Origin: Candidatus Micrarchaeia archaeon
GTDB lineage: Archaea; Micrarchaeota; Micrarchaeia; CAILAH01
Direction of reading: 5' to 3'
NCBI GenBank assembly: GCA_049970015.1
Contig: JBMFNT010000016.1
Location: forward strand, 1 to 18,829
Length of the DNA: 18,829 nt
The notes beneath the pieces are model-generated. The model was given only the letters and a program-made list of their open reading frames with translations. It did not search any database and was not told the DNA's origin. Each line of letters begins with the position of its first letter. The stretch's first letter is position 1. Below are positions 8,099-15,596 of the stretch, piece by piece. Both the position numbers and the translations under genes were made by a program.

Positions 8099-9046
8099 AT
8101 GAAAATGAGTAGCCTGCTCGCGACCCTGCTCGTGATGGGGTTGCTTGCTGGATTGGTTGTGGCAGATAACCGCGGAATTAGCCCTGTATCGACCAGGCTC
8201 GATGATTCAGAGAAGACATTGGTACCACCTTCCACAGCTGTACAGGCAAATGCAACAAATGTTGAAGCGATAAGAGCAAGAATAGAGAAGCATAATGCAG
8301 AGCAAACAAAAGTGCAAGAACAGTACCAAGAAGCTTCAACTAAGTGGGAAAGATCGCGTGAGAAATTTTCAAGCTTAAATGCAAATGAATCTGGGCCTGC
8401 TGTTGATGCTGCAAAAACATATGTGAGCAGACTAATAGACTTGATGATCTCTCACATAGAGAAATTGGCAGAAAAGGTAGATAAATCAACAGTATTAAGC
8501 GAGGAAGATAAAAAAGTAATGCTTTCTGAGCTTGAGAGCGAGATTGCAGGGATTGAGGCATTAAAGTCTGATGTTGAGCTCGCAGAAACAAAAGCAGAAC
8601 TTAGAGATGTTGTTAAACAGTTAAAGGACAGCTGGAGTAGATCACGTGCAGTATTGAAAAAACATACAGGGCTTCTGCTTGTGGCAAGGTTTGAAAATAT
8701 GGTCAATAGGTTTGAGTCTTTCCTTGAAAGGGCAGATAAGAGGGCTAACCAGCTAGAGCAGAAAGGATATGATGTAAGCAAAGTAAGGGAGGCAATAGCA
8801 AATGCAGAGCAGAAAATGGCAGAAGTGCGTGCAGAACTTGAACTTGCGAGAAATGCATTTATGGAGATAAGCACTATAAGCGGTGCAGATACAAACTTCC
8901 AGGAGGGGCATACCCATCTTGTGCAAGCAAGGAAGATGCTTGTAGATGAAGTGAGGGAAGTCAAATTAGCATTTAGGGCACTTTTAGCTCCGAGCGGTGA
9001 ATCCGGCGCGAATGAGACAAATGAGACAGATGAGAGAAGTGATTAG
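8099..9046 (+). CDS. Secreted long alpha-helical/coiled-coil protein
   Basis: A GGTGAT ribosome-binding site precedes ATG 8099 (the ORF track starts at GTG 8090). Signal peptide MKMSSLLATLLVMGLLAGLVVA is followed by an E/K/A/L-rich heptad pattern and several N-x-T/S sequons (NAT, NES, NET x2). Confidence 0.85.
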   Translation: MKMSSLLATLLVMGLLAGLVVADNRGISPVSTRLDDSEKTLVPPSTAVQANATNVEAIRARIEKHNAEQTKVQEQYQEASTKWERSREKFSSLNANESGPAVDAAKTYVSRLIDLMISHIEKLAEKVDKSTVLSEEDKKVMLSELESEIAGIEALKSDVELAETKAELRDVVKQLKDSWSRSRAVLKKHTGLLLVARFENMVNRFESFLERADKRANQLEQKGYDVSKVREAIANAEQKMAEVRAELELARNAFMEISTISGADTNFQEGHTHLVQARKMLVDEVREVKLAFRALLAPSGESGANETNETDERSD

Positions 9047-9340
9047 ATGGACAGCAAGTTAGTTTCTTTACTTATCATCTTTGCTTTCATTATCGGGTGC
9101 GTCACAGACAGTAAAGGGGCCATAGAGAAAGATGTTTCAACATTGGAAGAAATGGAAAGGGAAGGGAGCGAGTCATCTTTTGAGGATGTACCTGATCTGG
9201 AAGTTGATGAAGCGCTTACATCCGAGCCTGAGCTTGATACATCTGATTTGGATCAAATGTTAAGCGACATTGACTCAGCAGAGAGTGATCTGGGCTTAAC
9301 GAGTGAACTGCCTGATATAAATACCAGCGATTTTGAATAA
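9047..9340 (+). CDS. Small acidic lipoprotein
   Basis: Starts immediately after the previous TAG. MDSKLVSLLIIFAFIIGC carries a lipobox-like Cys, followed by a very D/E/S-rich, probably disordered tail. Confidence 0.8.
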   Translation: MDSKLVSLLIIFAFIIGCVTDSKGAIEKDVSTLEEMEREGSESSFEDVPDLEVDEALTSEPELDTSDLDQMLSDIDSAESDLGLTSELPDINTSDFE

Positions 9341-9342
9341 AC

Positions 9343-9354
9343 TTTTATTTTTTT
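9343..9354 (+). terminator. Archaeal-type oligo-T terminator
   Basis: ttttattttttt directly follows the lipoprotein stop codon. Confidence 0.5.
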
Positions 9355-9370
9355 AATCATTATCTCTTTT

Positions 9371-10063
9371 ATGTCATCATCTTTTAAAGTGCTCGTTAAC
9401 AGAAAGAAGAAATGGGCAATTTCAACAGGTAAAAAAGTAAAGCAAATGCTCATATCAAAAGGATATATTTATGACGAGAGTAGTCCTGATTATACGATTG
9501 TTGTGGGCGGGGATGGTACATTATATTACTACCTGCCATACCTATCAGGGAAAGTGCTACTCATAGGTTCAGGATCAAGTTTTAGGGCACAACTCGCACG
9601 GAATAACTGGAAACGCAGATTGATGAACTACCTGAATAGAAAGTGTGTCAGACTGCCAGTGTTAAAGATTAGCAAGGGAAAGAAGACAGTTGCTTATTCC
9701 ATAAATGATGTTGTTTTTCATACGAGAGATCATAGAGTGGTCAAAATTGAGTGCAAAACTCAGCATCGCAAGCTAAAAATAAAAGGTGATGGGGTGATCA
9801 TATCTACGCCTTTTGGCTCAACAGCCTACTCATATTCTGCAGGGGGCAAAGCCCTTCCCATCAGTTCTAAAATGCTCGCAATAACTCCTATATGCCCATG
9901 CTTTAGAAATGTAAGACCATTTTCAGAAAGAACAAGTTTTGTTAGAATACTCTCACCAAAAAATGCGGACTTAATAGTAGATGGAAGAATTATTGTAAGG
10001 AAAGCAGGCGGAAAGTTTATGATAACCAGCTCTCCCAGCAACATTTGCTTTATCAGCAAGTAG
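9371..10063 (+). CDS. nadK: NAD(+) kinase (short, divergent)
   Basis: IVVGGDGTL signature, IND (NE/D motif), GDGVIISTPFGSTAYSYSAGG, ITPICP, VDG. Confidence 0.92.
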   Translation: MSSSFKVLVNRKKKWAISTGKKVKQMLISKGYIYDESSPDYTIVVGGDGTLYYYLPYLSGKVLLIGSGSSFRAQLARNNWKRRLMNYLNRKCVRLPVLKISKGKKTVAYSINDVVFHTRDHRVVKIECKTQHRKLKIKGDGVIISTPFGSTAYSYSAGGKALPISSKMLAITPICPCFRNVRPFSERTSFVRILSPKNADLIVDGRIIVRKAGGKFMITSSPSNICFISK

Positions 10064-10095
10064 TTTTTTATTAATTCTCGGGTTAATAGCATTGT

Positions 10096-10437
10096 ATGTT
10101 GCGGGTAAGGACCAGAACTGGAGTTATGCTGCTTAGCAGAAACAAGATCCAGATATGTGAGGAAGGCTTTGTAGAAGAGCTACGAAAGAGGATCGGACCA
10201 GTACTTGGCAGGTTTTCAAATACTGATACTATAATAAACATGAAAGATGTTAAAGAAGTAAAATATAAGAGAGGGTTGTGTTACTTACTAAAGCCACGGA
10301 TAAAGATATATTATGGAAATAAGCTAAAGCGGGTTGTTTTTAAGCCAGCTTTTACAAGCTATGCTGATGCGGTAAAGGAGCTTGAAAAAACACTAGAGTT
10401 TTTTAGGACAAGTGGTATAAAAGTTAATGAAGGGTAA
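10096..10437 (+). CDS. Hypothetical basic protein (possible PH-like fold)
   Basis: 113-aa ORF that fills the gap between nadK and the convergent dehydrogenase. The beta-strand pattern IINMKDVKEVKYKRG...IKIYY followed by a terminal helix is reminiscent of prokaryotic PH domains (weak). Confidence 0.6.
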   Translation: MLRVRTRTGVMLLSRNKIQICEEGFVEELRKRIGPVLGRFSNTDTIINMKDVKEVKYKRGLCYLLKPRIKIYYGNKLKRVVFKPAFTSYADAVKELEKTLEFFRTSGIKVNEG

Positions 10438-10443
10438 GCAGCT

Positions 10444-11376
10444 TCACTTGTTAATTATTGACCCGATTATCTCAATAATCTCATGTTTCTTGTTTATCTC
10501 TGCTTCTTTTGTCCGTGCACCTATATGTGGAAAGAGGTATACATTAGGCCTTTCTGCAAGTTGTTTTATGATACCAGAGGCATTGCCTGATAATATCTCA
10601 GATTCTCCCTCAACAACATCCAGAACAGCAAACCCAATTCTGCCAATATTGTTGTACAGTGCAAAATTATCTATCAATTCACCCCTCCCTACGTTTATTA
10701 TAGAACAACCGTCTTTAGTATTCTGGAGTGTTTTATCATCTATTATGTGAAAAGTGCTCTTTGTCAGTGGCAGGGCAAGAAATATGATATCAGAGTCCTT
10801 AAGCAGGTTGTTTAATGGGACATATTTTATTCCCTTTGCCTTTAATTCATCCTTCTCCAGAATGTCATATGCAATAACATTACACCCAAGAGAGATAAGC
10901 TTTTCTGCAATACAACTGCCTATTTTACCAGTACCCATCACTCCACAAGTTTTGCCATATAATTCTTGCCCAAGATACCTGTAGTTGTTTGAATAATCAA
11001 GCTTCTTCCCAGCAATGCTAGCGGCGTATATATTTCTCAAGCCAAAGAACGCTGCACACACTGCAAGCTCTGCAACAGCATTTTTTGCATAATCAGTACA
11101 ATTGATAACCTTGATACCCATATTTTTACAATAGTCTATATCTATATGATCAACACCCGTACTAGTAGTTAAAAGATACTTCAGTTTTTTTGCCTTACTT
11201 AAAATGGTACTACCACCAATAAACCTATGCGTATACCTGACTATGAAAATATCCGCATTCTCATCAACATTGTCTTCGTTTATGTCATCTGTAATTCTTC
11301 TTACATCAACCTTATATTTCTGTTCTATCTCATCGCATACATCTTTGTGCACATTATATGCTGTAATTGATGTCAT
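10444..11376 (-). CDS. D-isomer-specific 2-hydroxyacid dehydrogenase (D-lactate dehydrogenase-like)
   Basis: STGVDHID, AVAELA, Rossmann GVMGTGKIG...IAYD, SDIIFLALPLT, INVGRGELID (Arg), LDVVEGE (Glu), PHIG (His). Confidence 0.93.
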   Translation of the reverse strand: MTSITAYNVHKDVCDEIEQKYKVDVRRITDDINEDNVDENADIFIVRYTHRFIGGSTILSKAKKLKYLLTTSTGVDHIDIDYCKNMGIKVINCTDYAKNAVAELAVCAAFFGLRNIYAASIAGKKLDYSNNYRYLGQELYGKTCGVMGTGKIGSCIAEKLISLGCNVIAYDILEKDELKAKGIKYVPLNNLLKDSDIIFLALPLTKSTFHIIDDKTLQNTKDGCSIINVGRGELIDNFALYNNIGRIGFAVLDVVEGESEILSGNASGIIKQLAERPNVYLFPHIGARTKEAEINKKHEIIEIIGSIINK

Positions 11377-11399
11377 GGTAATACATCTTGTTTAATAGT

Positions 11400-11458
11400 T
11401 TTATTCATTATATATTCTTTCAGAAATATTTATATATATCAATATACAATATATATTC
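11400..11458. promoter_or_regulatory. AT-rich divergent promoter region with TATA-like boxes
   Basis: TTATATAT and TTTATATATAT tracts lie between the divergent starts at 11376 (-) and 11459 (+). Confidence 0.5.
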
Positions 11459-12295
11459 ATGATTGAAAAGAAAATAGGCAAGATTGAAAAAGAGAGATTC
11501 AATAGCGGGGTGAAATTCTCAAAGTTCATTCTCCCATTATTTGAATCAATATACGATTACAAAGCAGTAATGCCTGCCAGGATAATCCCCGTACCAATGA
11601 ATATAAACGAATATAACGTGGATATAGCACTAAAAAGTGGTATACCCGCATCTATCTTGTTTGGTAAAAGTAAAGAGGATGATTGTATTGTACCTAAATA
11701 TGTAATGATGAACAATCAAACAGAAATGTTCTCATCAGAAGTGATTGCCGTAATGGCAGACAAGAGACTGCTAATATCCCTTGAGTCTAATCCAGCTCAG
11801 ATATATTTTGATGGTAAAGAATCAATACTAAAGGCTAGTAGAAATGTGACTACGGTAGATATGTTCGTTAATGGCAGACATGCAGTGCGTATGTTTCCTA
11901 TTGTGTCCTCATTCGTAATATTGCACGTATTTGGGGAAGGAGTAAAAAAGAAAAGATACTGTGACATAAAATTAGTACAATTTTATGGTAAGTGGAAGGG
12001 TACTGTGAAAGATTTGCTTGGTGAAGAGCTAACTACAAAGATTTATAAGATAAAGCCAAGCAGGAAGGAGTTTGCGATCGTACTAATGAAAAATAACAAC
12101 AATGATGCATTGCTTTTCGTGAATGGCAACAATTTGGAGAACCTTACAGATATATCCCCAGTATTTCTTCTACTCGATATACGCAAAAAATATGTGATGG
12201 TATTAGGTAAAACGGAATATTATGGTGCATATGTCACAAAAGGAGGGCTTGAGAAAATAACCAACTTTTTGAAATCTAGTAATAACAAATTTTAA
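11459..12295 (+). CDS. Hypothetical protein (beta-rich, no recognisable family)
   Basis: 278-aa uninterrupted ORF with a TATA-like box about 22-25 nt upstream. No motif recognised. Confidence 0.7.
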   Translation: MIEKKIGKIEKERFNSGVKFSKFILPLFESIYDYKAVMPARIIPVPMNINEYNVDIALKSGIPASILFGKSKEDDCIVPKYVMMNNQTEMFSSEVIAVMADKRLLISLESNPAQIYFDGKESILKASRNVTTVDMFVNGRHAVRMFPIVSSFVILHVFGEGVKKKRYCDIKLVQFYGKWKGTVKDLLGEELTTKIYKIKPSRKEFAIVLMKNNNNDALLFVNGNNLENLTDISPVFLLLDIRKKYVMVLGKTEYYGAYVTKGGLEKITNFLKSSNNKF

Positions 12296-12322
12296 ATACA
12301 TCCTGATAGAAAATATTAAATT

Positions 12323-13534
12323 ATGAAAGATGCGTATACTAATGCTAAACAGAGAATTAAGCATACGCTCAACAAGGTTAGGGAGGTTTTAAGGGCACCT
12401 CTGCTTATTGAACCTGCATTTGCCTGTCCCATAGGGCCTGCGATCATAAAATTTGATATTGGGCCATATCCATCTTTTTTATTTCCATCCAGAGAGATAA
12501 TTGAATGGAATAATGTTGAGTTAAAGTACCCTAATGAAAACTCAAAAAACAAGCAGATCTCCTATGAGGATGCACAGGAGGAGGTTAGCAAAATTCTTAA
12601 AAGCCAGGGTTCTTGCCATGAGTACATCGCATATGAGGCAGCAAAGCTAACCAATCATCCTATGTTAATAAAATACACATTGCATATAATGGTAGGTGCT
12701 AAAGGAGAAGATTATGTATTTATGCCCGGAGAAAAGTTAGATGATTTATTCAAAAAGCCATCAAAATATACAGAAGATGAATATATGAAGATTGTATCTA
12801 AAGATAGTTCCCTAACTTTTTTTGAGCGATTTTTTATGTTTGTTGCCAAGTTTTGGAAAAAGATTAGGGGTTCTGTTGAGGATGATGTAATAAATAGGCC
12901 ATACATGGCGCACTTTTATGACCTGACACGTCCTGAAAATGACAGGGGTCTTAATATAGATGAGCTTGGTATAAAATTCCAGAGTGCCCTTGATAGAATA
13001 AAAGCATACTGGGATCTTGCTTTAGCATATTACAAAAAAGAGGAATATGGGAATGCATTCTGTGCCTTGGGACATATCGTACATCTGGTATCTGATCTAC
13101 ATGTTCCTGCACATGTTCATAATGATCCACATGGGCCAACACTATTTCTCGGAAAGCTTGACTCTCTTGAGCAATGGGCGAAGCGCGCTGATTACCCACA
13201 TATTCAGCGTGGAAAAGGCAAGATGAATATAACAATATGGGATAGCAGCCCTTTGGCACCGCCAGAGAAGGATCATACCTGGACACCTGAAAATGTTTAT
13301 TCAAAGATAGAAGAATTTGTAAACGGCATCGCAAGAAACACGCAGAAGTTTAGGAGTGTTGATGCATTTGGTACTGAGCCAGATCAAAAAATAAAGGGAA
13401 AGCTCACTGATGATGAGTGTTATGCACAAGCCTCTGTGTTAATCCCAAGTGCAATATTCAATTCTGCACAGATAATGGTTAATTTTGTTGAATATGCAGT
13501 TAAGTATGATGAGCATTGGAAAAAACAGGTGTAA
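12323..13534 (+). CDS. Zinc-dependent phospholipase C / S1-P1 nuclease superfamily protein
   Basis: The tri-zinc ligand series occurs in the expected order: HEYIAYEA, GSVEDD, HFYD, A..ALGHIVHLVSDLHVPAHVHND, LEQWA. Confidence 0.8.
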   Translation: MKDAYTNAKQRIKHTLNKVREVLRAPLLIEPAFACPIGPAIIKFDIGPYPSFLFPSREIIEWNNVELKYPNENSKNKQISYEDAQEEVSKILKSQGSCHEYIAYEAAKLTNHPMLIKYTLHIMVGAKGEDYVFMPGEKLDDLFKKPSKYTEDEYMKIVSKDSSLTFFERFFMFVAKFWKKIRGSVEDDVINRPYMAHFYDLTRPENDRGLNIDELGIKFQSALDRIKAYWDLALAYYKKEEYGNAFCALGHIVHLVSDLHVPAHVHNDPHGPTLFLGKLDSLEQWAKRADYPHIQRGKGKMNITIWDSSPLAPPEKDHTWTPENVYSKIEEFVNGIARNTQKFRSVDAFGTEPDQKIKGKLTDDECYAQASVLIPSAIFNSAQIMVNFVEYAVKYDEHWKKQV

Positions 13535-13536
13535 AT

Positions 13537-14304
13537 CTACAGCTTGGCCGTTTTTCTTATACTTTTTCTCAATAACCTAAGCAGATTACCGCGCAATGGC
13601 AATTCATCTTTCTCTGAAGGGATAGACTTCCCTAACTTAACTGCACTTAAATATGCTTTTATTGCATCCCTAAACTCATCTTTCATAATATCTTTTGAAA
13701 AACTTCCCTGCATGTGCATTAGTAGCTCTCTTGCAGCATCAAGCTCTCTTTTACTATATCTCCCTTTCATATTAGCAGGTATGTTAACAATTTCCTTTAT
13801 TTCCTCTGGGTAATATAAAGTATACATTAGAATTACCTTGCCATATGGTTTGATTATTGCATACCGTTCATTTTTCCTTATCATTACCTTGCCAAACCCT
13901 ATTAATCCCGTCTCACCCATAGCATCCCTCAGCAATGAGTATGCCCTTATGTTTCCTCTCATAGGCACAATATAATACTTGCTTTTTAGGTATATTTCAT
14001 CCACATCATAAGATTGCAAAAATCGGATGATTTGCATCCTCTTAGATGTTAGTGGGCGCATCTTTTCAAGGTCATCTTTTTCTATGGGTATGTACCGGTC
14101 TTCCATCTTCACTCCAAACACAATATCTTTGTCCTGAAGCCTGTGCCCGCTTTCACATACATTTTCGTGATGTACTGGAACCAAATGTTCCCTACAGATT
14201 AATGTAAACATGCGCCCAGAAGCTGCGGCCAACGGATAAATCCTAACAGGTATATTCACGAGCCCAAAGGAAATCTTACCTCTCCATAAGGCCTTGTTTT
14301 TCAT
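13537..14304 (-). CDS. ku: Prokaryotic Ku (NHEJ DNA end-binding protein)
   Basis: ALWRGKISFGLVNIPVRIY, DIVFGV, YIPIEKDDLE, VDEIYLKSKYYIVP, AYSLLRDAM, GKVMIRKNER, LYYPEEI, ELDAARELL, DEFRDAI, NLLRLLRKSI. ATG 14304 with a GAGGAG ribosome-binding site is preferred over TTG 14322. Confidence 0.95.
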   Translation of the reverse strand: MKNKALWRGKISFGLVNIPVRIYPLAAASGRMFTLICREHLVPVHHENVCESGHRLQDKDIVFGVKMEDRYIPIEKDDLEKMRPLTSKRMQIIRFLQSYDVDEIYLKSKYYIVPMRGNIRAYSLLRDAMGETGLIGFGKVMIRKNERYAIIKPYGKVILMYTLYYPEEIKEIVNIPANMKGRYSKRELDAARELLMHMQGSFSKDIMKDEFRDAIKAYLSAVKLGKSIPSEKDELPLRGNLLRLLRKSIRKTAKL

Positions 14305-14305
14305 C

Positions 14306-14458
14306 TTACTCCTCTTGGGCAAATTTCTTTATTTGCTCAAAATTATCAACTATGAGCCTTGCCTTACCCTTACCAAACTTAAAAGGAAACCTGTCATCCG
14401 GAGTGCGCTTTAGCACAATCAACTTGTTTCCTTTAAACTCCTCAAACTCAACTGGCAT
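14306..14458 (-). CDS. Unannotated 50-aa conserved-looking protein (possible PC4/whirly-like nucleic-acid binder)
   Basis: GGTGA-aagat-ATG start. MPVEFEEFKGNKLIVLKRTPDDRFPFKFGKGKARLIVDNFEQIKKFAQEE*; the TAA is followed by one base and then the Ku ATG. Below the ORF-track length cutoff. Confidence 0.85.
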   Translation of the reverse strand: MPVEFEEFKGNKLIVLKRTPDDRFPFKFGKGKARLIVDNFEQIKKFAQEE

Positions 14459-14510
14459 ATCTTTCACCAAATAAAATTATGAATCAAACCTTAAAAAATG
14501 TTATACCCAC

Positions 14511-14712
14511 TCAGGATTCGATCAGTTCTCTTATCTCCCTGACCTGCAAACTGATACTCTCAAGGTTGGACATCCCGTAACCTGCTGTCATTTTCTTTCA
14601 TTTTCTTAAGCTCTTTTTAGATATGCTTCCTTTATTGCTTCAAGTGTTGTATACCATACAAAAACAAGATTATTCCAGGAATTAGGGTAAATAACAGCTC
14701 AAGCTGTTGCAT
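14511..14712 (-). pseudogene. Collapsed remnant of a Na+/Pi cotransporter (NptA/PhoU-domain type)
   Basis: ATG 14712 gives MQQLELLFTLIPGIILFLYGIQHL*, matching the G-x-x-LFLYG N-terminal signature of Na/Pi cotransporters. Other frames downstream give LEAIKEAYLKR and MSNLESISLQVREIRELIES* (TGA 14511-14513), resembling the end of a PhoU domain (SNLERI). The whole middle of the gene is absent. Confidence 0.55.
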
Positions 14713-14787
14713 AGATGATTTTAAACAGTAGATTTATATTTGTTCACAGCGATTGCTTTACACATTTAATTTCGGAGTGGTGGTACT

Positions 14788-15252
14788 ATGGCAACTGGAG
14801 CTATAGAGGTAGCCGAGAGGCACTCTGGAGCATTGAATAAATCTGTAATTAGTAGGTTTAGCAAGCCATTTATGAGGGCAAAAGATAGGGGAGAGGCAAA
14901 TGAGCTTCCTTTAGTGAACATTAAACCATACATTGACAAGAAGATCTCATTCAATGAGGCACTACAAATGAGTGGTACAGCAGTGTTTTTTGATTCACCG
15001 TTTCGTAGTGAAGAGTTAGATGAGTTGCTAATGGCATCTTCAATAGCTGCAAAGAGCAGAGATGGACTTAGGCAGGTTTCATTGAGCCCCATATTTTGTC
15101 CAATTGGAGAATGGAAAACATACCTTGAACAAGTTAAGAAAGATTCTGCAATAGATGTAGATAAGTATTTCTTCATTAAGGATGGAAACCTAAAATTAAC
15201 GGATACAACAATAGAGTATTTGGCACGAGTGATTTCTCGCTATGAACAATAG
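14788..15252 (+). CDS. Hypothetical protein
   Basis: 154-aa ORF with a GGAGTGG ribosome-binding site and TTTATATT at about 14733. No family recognised. Confidence 0.7.
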   Translation: MATGAIEVAERHSGALNKSVISRFSKPFMRAKDRGEANELPLVNIKPYIDKKISFNEALQMSGTAVFFDSPFRSEELDELLMASSIAAKSRDGLRQVSLSPIFCPIGEWKTYLEQVKKDSAIDVDKYFFIKDGNLKLTDTTIEYLARVISRYEQ

Positions 15253-15253
15253 T

Positions 15254-15298
15254 AAACAAAAACAAAAAAAATTCGAACACCTAACCTAATTCTTTTTT
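15254..15298. terminator. Bidirectional oligo-T terminator region
   Basis: The A-tract aaacaaaaacaaaaaaaa (a T-tract on the minus strand, after the CxxC gene) and tctttttt on the plus strand lie between convergent genes. Confidence 0.5.
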
Positions 15299-15299
15299 A

Positions 15300-15464
15300 T
15301 TAGAATCTTGGCCTGTGTTTTCTATAACAATCCCTACAATATACAGGTTTTCCCTCTGTAGGTTTAAAGGGAACCTGGCATGCTGCTCCACAATCGGAAC
15401 AGACTGCGTCATACATGGGTCGGTCTCCACCAAACCCTCTTCCTCTGTTTTCCATGTTTTTCAT
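15300..15464 (-). CDS. CxxC-x17-CxxC domain zinc-ribbon microprotein
   Basis: MKNMENRGRGFGGDRPMYDAVCSDCGAACQVPFKPTEGKPVYCRDCYRKHRPRF* (54 aa; alternative start ATG 15455). It has the textbook CxxC...VPFKP...PVYCxxC signature and an RG/GG-rich N-tail. Missed by the ORF track. Confidence 0.95.
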   Translation of the reverse strand: MKNMENRGRGFGGDRPMYDAVCSDCGAACQVPFKPTEGKPVYCRDCYRKHRPRF

Positions 15465-15470
15465 CTCTTT

Positions 15471-15520
15471 TTATTGGGTGTTACCCAATAAGCTATTATA
15501 TATCAGGTTGTATTTATAAA
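15471..15520 (-). promoter_or_regulatory. TATA box plus perfect 9-bp hairpin in the 5' leader of the CxxC gene
   Basis: TTATTGGGT-gtt-ACCCAATAA at 15471-15491; TTTATAAA at 15513-15520. Confidence 0.6.
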
Positions 15521-15596
15521 TGATTCCATAGTAGGTTTCTGAATGATCCTAAGAATTTAAAAGATTTACTGTGAAGTTCTTATTGGAGTGGATACA

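Noticed and set aside
7661..10092. Minus-strand ORFs 7661..8044, 7996..8235, 8340..8591, 8452..8964, 9253..9453, 9826..10092
   Set aside because: They are antisense shadows of the regulator, coiled-coil protein, lipoprotein and NAD kinase genes.
11640..11700. FHA-like motif (ILFGKSKEDDCIV) in the 278-aa orphan
   Set aside because: It lacks the conserved GR and S-x-x-H residues of FHA domains; the resemblance is too weak to call.
10427..13813. ORFs 10427..10750, 10754..10984, 11204..11395, 12316..12552, 12712..12906, 12951..13334, 13544..13813
   Set aside because: They are antisense to the dehydrogenase, PLC-like and Ku genes, which carry clear family motifs.
13537..14458. Prophage or provirus origin of Ku (Mu Gam-like)
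   Set aside because: No integrase, terminase, capsid or att-like repeats were seen in the window, and the flanking genes look cellular.
14766..15176. 136-aa minus-strand ORF
   Set aside because: It overlaps the plus-strand 154-aa ORF, which has the better ribosome-binding site, TATA box and amino-acid composition.
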